DNA from: Carcharhinus longimanus
Taxonomy: Eukaryota
Length of the DNA stretch: 64,000 bases
Assembly: GCA_030264375.1 (NCBI GenBank)
Contig: JASCQW010000112.1
Coordinates: 40,907,899-40,971,898 of the forward strand
Direction: 5' to 3'
Every line of letters starts with the position of its first letter. Position 1 is the first letter of the stretch. Made by a program: the position numbers and the translations under genes. The notes below the pieces were generated by a model, which made no database searches, was not told where the DNA came from, and was given only the letters and a program-made list of their open reading frames with translations. Below are positions 36,493 through 47,625 of the stretch, one piece after another.

Positions 36493-38857
36493 TCAGAGGG
36501 AGGAGTCAGGCTTTCATAAGATTGGATTCTGTTTTGAAGCTTCTAGTAAAATTACAGAGTTTGTTGTGTTGCCTGTAAGGCTCAATCCTTTCATGGATAT
36601 TTCCACATTCCAACAGTTTGATAATTTGTGTTTTGGCTCATTGATTCTAATTTCTATGGTGATAGTGTGTGTATTATTTTTAAACCTATTTGAAGTGACT
36701 GAGTTCTACCCTGTCACTTATCATCAATTGCCCTGGAAATTGAACTGTTATGTTCAAATAGATTTAAGTTTTGAGCTTGATCCTGTTATGGTTTTATGGT
36801 TAATTGTGTGTTAGCTGCCCCATCTTTCCCTTGTGGCTTTGGCGACTGTGATTCACCTTAAGAGATACTGACTTCCCCTTTTCTGTGAATTGGGAATGGA
36901 TTGGTCCCCAATCTGCCTCATGTCCTTTAGGACAATACTGCCCAAAGGGAGCTGGCTAGCTTCTATGACTCTTAGATGGAGTGAGGTGTCTTCTTCACCT
37001 GTGTCTGCTGATCTGGGGACTTCCTATATTTCTATTTATGAAATACATTGCTAACTAGACCTCTGGTTTAGCCCCTTCATTCTTTTTATTTTTTATGGGC
37101 CTTATCTTGGCCTCATTAAATTCTATTGGCCTACCTTTGACCTCTTTAGTTTTGATGAGTTCCATCTTGACCTTTTCTACCTCAGTAGGTCCTTTGGCCT
37201 CCAGAGGGACTCCTATGGCTTCTCTCCTATTTCCCTAATCTTTACTGGCTCTGTTGTCCCCTGGAGGAGGTTATGGATTTCTTCGGGGATTTGTCTAACC
37301 CCATTCCATTTTGAGCCTGGGCTTAGTTCTTTCAAGGTTATGGATGTGATTCTGACCCTACCTCCCCCTGTTGATTTCTTGGTGAATCAATGGTTTCCTT
37401 TTCTGTGCCCAGGCTTGCCACAGGAATCAGACATCGTGTGTTTACTTTCCAAGCTCGTTCTTTCTGAAATTGGGCATTTATCTATTGTTTTAGATTCACG
37501 CAATCAAGTTTGGATGAGGGACTAACATAATATAATAGAAGGTCAATGAGATTCATTCACATTTATCGCGCGCACATTGAGTTTCAATACTTTGTGCATA
37601 GTAAAACAGAAAGATGGGCTGGCCGGAATGCTATAGTTATTTATTCTTAAACAAAGAGATGAGTGAATTCCCCAAATGGCAGCGAGTGATCCAGGTTTTA
37701 AGTATTTGCTTGAGATTCTGGAGCTCAGAATGTCAAAGATCACAAGATTAACAGTAGTATTTTAATAGTCTGTTTGCATTCAGAAATCTTTCAAGTCTTC
37801 ACTGAAATTTTGATGTACTGGACCATGACGTTATTTGAAACTTAGAAGAAACAAGAGTGAAAACTTCTGAGCAACACTGACCACAGTTGCAATCAAAAGA
37901 CCAGAAAGATTGTGATCAGAAAGGAAGGTTGTTAAAGGATTAGATGTATGAGGAGGATTTCATATCAGATGAAAATCTTTTTCTTGTGCACTGTGCAGGA
38001 GGAAAAAGTGGTTGGACTAGAATCTCCATATTATTGAATCAGTAATCAAATCTTGTAATATACTGGCACTTCAGAGAGAATTTTAAATTTGTTGTGAATA
38101 AAGCAAGTATTTGGCACCAAATAAGCAGCTTAACATCTTGGTGATAACTTTAACAATTGAAGACACATGGATGGTCCACATGTGAAGTGAAACTCTAAGG
38201 GGGCAATAATCCGCAGCTGTTAGCCCCAGCCAGGAATCCTGATGGCGAAAGGACCAAACTTAGATTCTCATTGGGTGCCCAACCCATTGCAAGTCTCCCG
38301 GCCTCCTGTGCTTGCCCCCGTCAGGTTCTTGCTCAGAGCCGGCTGAGACTGCTGATTTTGATGTATTTAAATGTAAGTACTGGGCTTGAAACTGGATGCT
38401 GCTGCCTCTTGGATACCAGGAATCCTTAAAAATCACAGCAGCACTTCATTCTACAGTAGGGATTGCCCTTGGTTGCTTTCGGAAGCCCTGGGCATTGCCA
38501 TACCTGTTTGAAGTACTTTGATTAACTGGAGATATCAGTTTCGCTAGGCAGATCACCTTGCTTTCTCTCATAAGCCCCAGCTGCTCTGAAAGCTCTTTGA
38601 AGCACTCTGACAGGACCATTGAATTTCACTAGGGAGAATCCTCCTTTCTAGCTTGACTGAGCCCCAGCTGCTTTCAAGACTCTTAGAACTGTTTTGATTG
38701 ACAGTTTGAGTAGATCAAAGAGGGGATTAGCTGAGGTTTGTTTACACAAGGAATTGTTGACCCACCAGTTGCTTTTTCACAGCTCCAGGGCAAATCAAAC
38801 AGTTCATTGTTGATACAATCAGTTCATGTTCCATTAAACATGAAGTGCTTCCTCTTT

Positions 38858-38978
38858 TGAGCTGTTGCTGGTTCTAATTGCAGTTTTTTAAAAATAGACT
38901 TTCTCTTTGATCAGAGCTGCCTACTCGTGAGCAGCTGCTGGTTCTAACCACAGCTTTTAAAAATGGGCTTTCTCTTTC
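38858..38978. repeat. Local direct duplication (~50-bp match, 70-bp spacing) within a decayed GC-richer repeat region (~38200-39660)
   Basis: TGAGCTGTTGCTGGTTCTAATTGCAGTTTTTTAAAAATAGACTTTCTCTTT vs TGAGCAGCTGCTGGTTCTAACCACAGCTTTTAAAAATGGGCTTTCTCTTT. Confidence 0.75.
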
Positions 38979-40962
38979 TCGGAAGATCTCTTTCTCAGAT
39001 CTTTCTAGAAAGACCAGGTGCACAGTCTGACTGCTGTTTTTCCTCATAATGGGTCTTTTTCAATCTTTTATTCTGGAATAGCATCCATGTACTGGAGATT
39101 GTTTTTAGCTATAAAAGAAGCTAGCAAACCCAAAGGCCACTGTTTATTTCTCTGGATAGATATTATGTCCATGCCAGGGTGCTCAGTTTGGTGCCTGATA
39201 CATGGTTGGATCTACTCTATCCATGCCACCCCGGCAGTGACACTCATGTCGGCGACAGGGGGCGGTGCCAGGTTAGCACTGCCAAAGAGGGAGACTGAAG
39301 GATGTGAGGCATTTTCTGCCCCCAAAAGTGGAGTCTGTCTCTTGTGAGGTCTTGGGAGATGGGGGAGGGGAGGAATCTGGGTCACCCTCATGCTGGTGTG
39401 GTGTGGGGAGGAGGGATGATTTCAGCAGTTAGTGGTGCGGGGGGTTGGATGTTGCCCCCTCTGAGTGAAGGGTTCAGGTTGCTTCTCTTGTCTGTGGGCG
39501 GTTGTTTGGTTGGGGCAGGGACTGTTCTGAGATTGGGGCGTCCTGATCTCTCTGAAGCCAGACTTGCCAGCATGTTTCACGTTGGGGATTTTTTTGCAAC
39601 CAAAGAGTTGTTGAATCCTCCCTGATTAGTGCTGCAGCGCTTTGATTTTCTTGAGAGAATCGTGGCCTAAGGATGCAGCTATTGGAACTATAAGGTTATA
39701 GGTATTAGTCTATAAATGGGTGTGAAAAGACACTAATTTTAAAGAGTTCAAAGAAACCAGCTTTTCATTGCCTCTTTGAAGAATATGGGGGGGGAGAATA
39801 TGAAGATATTCTGATTCAGTCATTGCATTTAAAGGTGAATGGGAGTTATGAACAAGGAAGGTATACTAATACAAATTTAATTATATCTAGTTTCTTTAGC
39901 TGCTATTTATATTGTAATTTTAATTTGGCAACAACTCAAAGTTAATTAGCTGTTGGAATTCCACTTTTTGACAGACTTAAAACCAGTACCAAACTTAAAC
40001 TCATTTGTGATGATGTAAAACAGAAACGAAGTATGTGGCAACTTCAGAAAATCTTTGGATAACAAATTGGGGGGGTATTATTTGCATGATTCTTTCCCTT
40101 TCCAAGTGTAATTTTGTTCATTTATTTATAAGGCAATTAACAAAACATTGAAAAATATCAGTATGTTATTGACATTTAAACAGCGAGGCACCATTATGAA
40201 ATTTCTGGCAAGTCAAACACTGCAATTCCCAGCACACTTCTCTAAGGTGAAAGAGTAGATGTCGTTTCAGGCAGTTCCAGGAAAGCCAAATACAAGCTTA
40301 ATTCCTTAGTGACTTTCAAATACAATAAACAAGAGTTAGAATTCTACTGACATAGGTTCAGATTGGAATTTGTAATTTCAGTACAGAATGCATTTGAGCA
40401 TTTAATCAGAAATAACATTGTTAGAATTTTAACTCTCCGTATCCTGAATTTTTGAATCATCTTGAAGAACGTCAACATTATTTTGTCAGTTGTAAACTCT
40501 TGTGCTTTATTGAAGGGATTGCTATTCAGAAGTAAAGCACAAAAACATGCTTAGTTCATGGCATAAACCAAGTAATTGGCATTTATGACAACACTTATGA
40601 TGTAGTTAAGCATCCTAAAGGATTTACATCAGTGTGCAAAAAAGCAGACTACCATTGAAGTGATTAAAGACTAAGGGGACAATCTTACCATTGTAACCCA
40701 CGTCCAAAGGGCGGGGCGAGCCAGTAAGATCTTGAGAGTGCCAATAAATTGGGTTCGTGCCTGATTTCCCTCTCCTCGAGATCTTACCGGCACCAGATAT
40801 CCAGCGGGATCAGCCTTGTGCTCGAAAAGGGCGCAAGGCTGTTTGTAAGATTTAACTTCAATTTATGAAATGTAATTTATGCTGCAATCGGGATGGCCTC
40901 ACCGGTTGGAACCTCACACATTGGCCTCCAGTGTGCAGATGACTTGTGTGGGCATAGCAGAT

Positions 40963-42077
40963 AGTGAGGCGGATACAGCAGGATATAAATCAGCAGGAGA
41001 CCTGGGCCAAAAGATGGCAGATGGAATTTTACTCAGACAAATATGAGGTGATGCGATTTGGAAGGTCTGCTGCAGAAGGAAAGTGTATAGTAAATGGTAG
41101 CGTCCTTAGAAATATTAGCATACAGAGGGATTTAGGTGCTCAGCTCCACAGTTCCCCGAAGGTAAAAGTAAAATTTATTTATTAGTCACAGGTAGGCTTA
41201 CTTTAACACTGCGATGAAGTTACTGTGAAGTTCCCCTAGTCGCCACTTGACAGCGCCTGTTTGGGTCAATGCACATCTTTCAAACTGTGGGAGGAAACCA
41301 GAGCACCTGGAGGAAACCCACACAGACATTGGGAGTATTTGCAGACTCTGCACAGTCAGTGACACAAGCTGGGAATTGAACCCAGGTCCCTGATGCTATG
41401 AGATAGCAGTGCTAACCGTGCTGCCCTCTGGCAATTCAGGTAGACAAGGTGGTCAAGAAGGTGTAATGCATGCTGGTCTTCATCGGTCAGGGCTTTGAGT
41501 ATAGGAATTTGAAAATTGTGTTGCAGCTGTACAAGACTTTGGTTAGGCTGCATTTGGAGTATTGTGTACAATTCTGGTTACCACACTACTGGAAGCAATA
41601 TTGATGCATTGTAAAGGGTGCAGAAGAGATCTATCAAGATGTTGCCTGGTTTGGAGGACATGGACTATGAAGAAAAGTTGAACAAACTTGGATTGTTTTC
41701 ATTGGAGTGTCAGAGGATGAGGGGGGATCTGATTATGACGGGCTTGGATAGGGTGGATAGTCAAGAGTCTTTTTCATGGGGTCGCAGAGTCAGTTAGTCA
41801 GGGGCATAGATTGAAAGTGAGAGAGGGAAAGTTTAAAGGAGCAAGTTTTCCACACACTGGTGAATCCCTGGAACACACTGCTGGAGGAGGTGATGGAAGC
41901 TGATTTTATAACAACATTCAAGAGGCATCTGGATAGATACATGAATAGGCATGGATTAGAGGGATATGGACCACCTAGAGGCAAGAAAATATTAGATTAG
42001 AGAGATTATTAGAGATCTGCGTCGCACAGACTTGGTGGGCTGAAGTGTTTGTTCCTGTGCTATATTGTTCTTTGTTC
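40963..42077 (+). mobile_element. CR1 LINE 3' fragment interrupted by a SINE
   Basis: WAKRWQMEFYSDKYEVMRFG, QRDLG, LQLYKTLVRLHLEYCVQFW, and a tail GACTTGGTGGGCTGAAG...TTGTTCTTTGTTC. Confidence 0.9.
41162..41426 (-). mobile_element. V-domain tRNA SINE nested in CR1
   Basis: Minus strand has B box GGTTCAATTCC and V-domain GGGTTTCCTCCAGGTGCTCTGGTTTCCTC, nearly identical to 58806-58834. Confidence 0.85.
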
Positions 42078-42079
42078 AC

Positions 42080-42580
42080 TCACTCAAAAACTGAGCTCTG
42101 GGTCATTGCTGACTCCTCCAAATCATGTGAGAAAATGGACCTTTCATTAAACACGAAGAAAACTAAGGTCCTCTACCACATAGTTATTACTGCAGAATGC
42201 CTCCCCCCATCAAGATCAACTGTGAGCTCCTGAAGAATAAAGAAAAAAGAACAACCCAGCACGGGAAACAGGCCCTTCGGCCCAACAAGCCCGCGCCGCC
42301 ACATCACCCTACACCTATTNNNNNNNNNNNNNNNNNNNNNNNNNNNNNNNNNNNNNNNNNNNNNNNNNNNNNNNNNNNNNNNNNNNNNNNNNNNNNNNNN
42401 NNNNNNNNNNNNNNNNNNNGTGACACCACCAGGAACTCCCACATGTGGCACCTGACACAACTTACATTCCTCCCTATATTCCCTGCCATGTCCCAATGTG
42501 GACCATTTTCCATTTCTTGGGAACCTCCTCTTAATAATAGCAGACATTGACAACCAAATCCATCATTGCTTCCAGTCCTG
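42080..42580 (+). mobile_element. RTE-clade LINE fragment interrupted at 42239-42494
   Basis: SCEKMDLSLNTKKTKVL...IKINCELLKN|VDHFPFLGNLL matches the RTE 'GL-IN--KTKV...V--F-YLGS' motif. Confidence 0.75.
42239..42494 (-). mobile_element. Younger retro-insertion with CR1-type 3' tail; interior gapped
   Basis: AAAGAACAACCCAGCACGGGAAACAGGCCCTTCGGCCCAACAAGCCCGCGCCG tail, CpGs intact; AAT flanks both ends. Confidence 0.7.
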
Positions 42581-42750
42581 CATATGCCAACTGAGGAAGT
42601 TAGTCTTTGAGGTGGTACAGTTGATACAATAATTTTGTATTTGTAGCTAATAATCAAGAAAGGTAACTGTTTCTGAATACAATTTTATTTTAAAAGAACC
42701 TAGTTCACTTGACTTTTGCTTTGGCCTAAAACTGGAGTTTTCCATTCTTG

Positions 42751-42857
42751 GGGAAAAATGGAAAATGGCCCACATTCTTCAGGAGCTTGCTGTTGATCTT
42801 GATGGAGGGAGGCATTCTGCAGTGATAACTATGTGGTGGAGGACCTTTGTTTTCTTG
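42751..42857 (-). repeat. Inverted duplicate of the RTE fragment (42155-42238 + 42498-42515) lacking the insertion
   Basis: Reverse complement AAGAAAACAAAGGTCCTCCACCACATAGTTATCACTGCAGAATGCCTCCCTCCATCAAGATCAACAGCAAGCTCCTGAAGAATGTGGGCCATTTTCCATTT. Confidence 0.9.
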
Positions 42858-45554
42858 CTTTATCTTGGCTCTGTAAGTTTTACAGACCTCCTCAGTTCGT
42901 CCCTGGGCCACTTGAAGGATGTACTTCTACTGGCTAAGAAAGAAAATATGCATTGTTTGGGGTTTTGCCAATTTTTCAATAACAGTATAGAATTGCTTTG
43001 TGATACTTTCAGATTTGAATGTAAGTTCAACTGCAGCAGATTTTACTCCTTACTATGTTTACTTTAAAACCATGGTGATTGATGGAGACTGAATTTGTGC
43101 TGCTGTGTAAGCAGCATGAATTCAATATGCTAAGCACCAGGATGTCTGATGTACTGAGTAGTATCCACAATCTGCTGATTTATACATTACGACCAGTACA
43201 AATGTGAGGAGTGACGCATGAACCACAATTAATTCAAAAAAAAAAGCAAGTAAGAAATGAGAAACACTTCATCGATATCAAGATGGGAGAATATTCAAGG
43301 GAGGGTCTTAATGAATAAAAGTCAAAGTAACTTAAAGTTGAAATTAATCCTCGGTTTGCTAAAATGCATTGCTGCCGTCTTAGCTTATATTTTACCAGTT
43401 ACTGATAATACATTAGCTATTTGAAGTAAAATTAAGGGAAAGTAAAAATAGGGAATTAACAGTAGAAAGTGAGAAAGAAATGTAAAAAATTACATTCTTG
43501 GAGCATTTAAAAAAAAAAGTTACTAAAACAGAGGTACACAGCTACCATCACAGCCTTATTTTGCCTGAAAGCTTAGATGCCCGTATCAAAGAAAGTAGTG
43601 TTTGCTTCAGCAGCAGTGTTTGCCATATCGGGTATCAGACAGAAATTCCTCACTCGTTAATTCTTAAACTTGTTGCAGGGCAATCTTGAGACCAATTCAT
43701 TTTTGTTTAACGGGGAAGCTAAGCACGTTACAAAAGATTGGTTCAGCATTTCAACTTCAGATATTTTGAGGCACTCCCTTGCTATTCCAGCTGAAAGGAA
43801 TGCAGGCTCTTTCATTATTTTAGGTTTGTTTACATCAAAGGCTGGGAGCCATCTTGGCTTGAGGCACTGCAAACACAATTAAACCATCAGGGTTACACTA
43901 GTTCCTGGTTGCATCACGTAGGCTTGAGTGCTTTATCAGCTTGAAATGGGCATTAATTTCTCCCTTTATCTTGCAGCATATATAATTAAAGTCAAATCCC
44001 TTTACACTGCTGCTTGTCATTCTAGTAGCTTATACCGACCCTCTGCTTTTGAATTGCATCATGTGACCATCTGTGAGACAGTTCACTTGATTAATCTTTC
44101 ATGAGAAGCAGGATGTGAAGCCACAGCTTTGACAGGGAAAGAATTAGAATTACTGAAGGCAAGGTCAGACCTGGGGCATTCATTGTCCACATTCTGGCCC
44201 ACAGCCATCGCGCAGAAAAATTATTTGCATTACAGCTACTTGACTGGTCAGGGCAGTGTAGGGGAAAACTGCTGAATCATCATTACTTGACAATTAAGCA
44301 ATCAGATGAGTGTGACATGGGTTCCTTTTTATTAGTTTTAGAATGTGAAATCTTCAGAGAAGGAAAATCATGTACTCTGACCTTTCCAAACAAGTCACTT
44401 GCTTTTCATGTGAACATTATTTTGTTACTTTATTTTTTAGTTTTTAAGTTAAATTTGTCTCTTTTGGAGATGTACTGTACACCTATTATTATTTGTCAGG
44501 AGAGTATTGTTCTTTATTAGAGAGTCTGAACTTAGTTTATGAGAAAGCAAAAAGTAGTTGTAAGGAGATCTAACCACTTAAAGAAACAAAGCAAAATTGT
44601 AGCCCCAGGCAAGGTAGACTCTTTCATGTGAGTCATCTTCTATGACTGACGTTGGAGTCCCTCCCAGGAAATCAAAGGTGACAAAAGCCTGTGTAAACTC
44701 GTGCTCTGGCTGAACAAAGCTAAATTAAAGTGGAATTGCAAGATTTGTGCACTAACCCTTCTGTTCGGTGTGGAAGGGCTGCCTTGTAGCAGGTAATAAA
44801 TGAGGCCTCCAATAGAGCCATATGACCTAAGTTTTGACAAAAACATAAGAAAAACTGATGTCCATGAGAATGAACTAGAGACGTTTCCCTTTTCTTCCTT
44901 TTGAAAAGCCATTTTAAAACAATTTGTAAGATGCAATTTCAGAAAGTTTTGGATTGGTTATTGTTGACCCCTTGCCCAAAGCACTATCTCGTGACTTGCT
45001 TGACATCATCACAAGGTATTACCCAGAGTAGAATGCTATTAACACATTTTATTTGTACTGAACTATTACCCTTTTAAAAAAGAAAGTTCAGCATTTGAAC
45101 ATTTGCAGTCATCACCATCCCACTCAATAGCAACTGAACACTTGAGGGAGTACTTTGAGGAAGAAATTACAATCAATCTTGAGATGTCAGCTGTGGCTCA
45201 GTAGTAGTATTCTCACCTTTTGAGTCAATAGTTCATAGTTTCAAGCCCCATTTCACCTGTTATGCTAGCGTTTCAGTGCTGTACCGTGAGAGTGCTGTGC
45301 AGCTGCTGGTGCCCTCTTTTAGATTAGGTGTAAAGCTGTACCATTATCGGCTCTCAGGTGAATTTAAATTATACTAAGTCAATATATGTCAAAGAACTTG
45401 CAGATTCCTGACTCTTTATCCCTCAGCGAACACTGCTAGACACATTATATGGTCATCTCACTGTTGTTTATGACCGTTTTGTGCAAATGATGGCTGCACA
45501 TTTCCCTTTAGAAAGAAAAGTAACTCAGAAGACTGAAGGAATATTAACCTTCAT

Positions 45555-46640
45555 TTCAAGGCAGGGTGAAAATTCTGCTGCAGTTGTATTCGGTTCTGGT
45601 TAGACATCGGGTGTATTGTGTTCAACCCTGGGTACTGCCCTTAGGAAAGATATATTGGCCTTGGAGGATGCGCAAAGCAGATTTACCAGAATGATATTGT
45701 GACTAAAATAATTAAATTATGAGGGCAGGTTACATAGGTTATGAAATAAAAACAGAGAATGCTGGAAAAATTCAGCAGGTCTGGCAGCATCTAGGCAGAG
45801 AGAAACCGTGAGTTCAATATGACTCTTCAAATCTAGATCTAGTTTTGAAAAAGAGTTCTATTGGACTCAAAGCATTAATTCCTTTTCTCTCTTCACAAAT
45901 GCTGCCAGACTTGTTGAGATTTTCCAGCCTTTCTGTTTTTATTTTAGATTTTCAGCATCCTCAGTAATTTGCTTTTATTGTTTAAACAAGCTTGAATTCT
46001 GTTGAGCATAACAGATTATGGGGTTGGTAGTCTGTGGACTGTCTGTGCTGTTGTGTGCTCTGTCTGGGGCTGGGGCTGGAGCTCTCCGTTCGCCTGGCGG
46101 GGTGGGGGGNNNNNNNNNNNNNNNNNNNNNNNNNNNNNNNNNNNNNNNNNNNNNNNNNNNNNNNNNNNNNNNNNNNNNNNNNNNNNNNNNNNNNNNNNNN
46201 NNNNNNNNNGGAGTGGGATAGCTTGATCTTGGGTTTGGACATAGCTCGGCACAACATTGAGGGCCGAAGGGCCTGTACTGTGCTGTTATGTTCTATGTAT
46301 ATAATTGAGATATTTAAGATGATTAAAGCATTTAATAGGGTAAAGCGAAACTATTTTCCAATGTGAAATCCAAAACAAGGGGCATAACCTTAATATTGGA
46401 GCTTTATCTGCTAAAGGTAAAATTAGGAAGCATTATTTCATACAAAGAGTATTGGAAATCTGAAATCCACTCCCTCAAAAAGCATTCAAGACAAGGGTAG
46501 TTAACATTTCAAAGCTGAGTTTGTTAGATATATGGTAGGCAGGTCTTAAGGATTTTGCAACATGGGCAGAATAGTTCAAGCATGATCTAATCAAATGGCA
46601 GCTTGGATTCAAGGGGCTGAATGGCCTTTTTTGTTTCTAA
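45555..46640 (+). mobile_element. CR1 3' fragment, itself interrupted at 45744-45980 and ~46025-46297
   Basis: LLQLYSVLVRHRVYCVQPW...RKDILALEDAQSRFTRMI; resumes IIEIFKMIKAFNRV; tail TTCAAGGGGCTGAATGGCCT. Confidence 0.8.
45744..45980. mobile_element. Penelope-like fold-back element
   Basis: Arm 45744-45790 is the reverse complement of 45899-45944 with few mismatches. Confidence 0.7.
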
Positions 46641-47507
46641 TTTACAACAACAATTTCAAAAGAATTTTATTTGTCCATTGGAATGTCTTGAAGTTGTGAA
46701 AGGAGCAATTTAAATGCAAGTTTTTCATTTTTAATTTATGAAATGTTTAGCACAAAATGGAATGACACTGCAAACTGGAGTACTTCATCTTAAAGTTTAC
46801 TAAGTGTGCAAAAACAGTTGTCAATATTTTTTGCTTGAAAATTTTATTTTATCTTTTTCTGATATCAAATGGTAATGGTATTAAGATGAAGATTGTGTCA
46901 ATTCTGAACTGGTAAAGTTGAAGTGCCCATCAACTTTTTGCTATTTTGATAAAAATATGTCTTGTGAGTACCAGCCTTCAAAAGAAACGGAATGGTTGGC
47001 AAATGAGTTGTTAAACCAACAAGAATAGTCATTAATAAGAACTTCTGAAATTCTATTACGTCTTAGTTTCCCTGGTATTTTCTACTGAAGTTGCTAATTG
47101 ATGCCTGGGCACAATTCCACAGGCATTGCTCAGCCTCCAGTACCTTGCTCAAGGAGCTAATCGTCACATGTGAGCTGATGTAATGTTAACCAATCATGAG
47201 GTGGATTTATAGCTCAGTGTTTTTCTCACATTAACCTAAGGAGTAGCGATTGAAATCCTGACCAACTTTTCCATTTCATACCCAGATTTGCAGAGGGCAA
47301 TTATAGCATCCTATTTCCATTTGTTAATTCAGCATAGGCCAGGAATTTAACTTAGGATGTTGTATTGTTCAGCCACACCATACCACTATCAGCCAAGGTA
47401 ATGGTATTATTGGAGAGTTGAAAGTGAGAATGGCATTCAGTTCTTAGGTTACCCTTGTTTAGAATGCATATGGGTTTATAGTAGTGAAAAGTTTTAAATG
47501 TATTACA

Positions 47508-47625
47508 AACATACAAAATAGGAGCAGGAATAGGCCATTTGGCTCCTTGAGCCTGTTCCACCATTTGAAAAGACCATTGGCTATCTGATTGTGAGCTCTA
47601 CTTTCCTGTCTACCCCCCTCCTCCG
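47508..47625 (-). mobile_element. CR1 3' tail
   Basis: AATAGGAGCAGGAATAGGCCATTTGGCTCCTTGAGCCTGTTCCACCATT. Confidence 0.75.

Larger units (their letters stand above)
45185..46732 (+). mobile_element. Deu-domain SINE (45185-45508 + 46641-46732) containing nested CR1 and Penelope-like insertions
   Basis: A box TGGCTCAGTAGT; Deu-like core GGTGCCCTCTTTTAGATTAGGTGTAAAGC...CTCTCAGGTGAATTTAAA; tail GTTGTGAAAGGAGCAATTTAAATGCAAGTTTTTC after the inserts. Confidence 0.7.
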
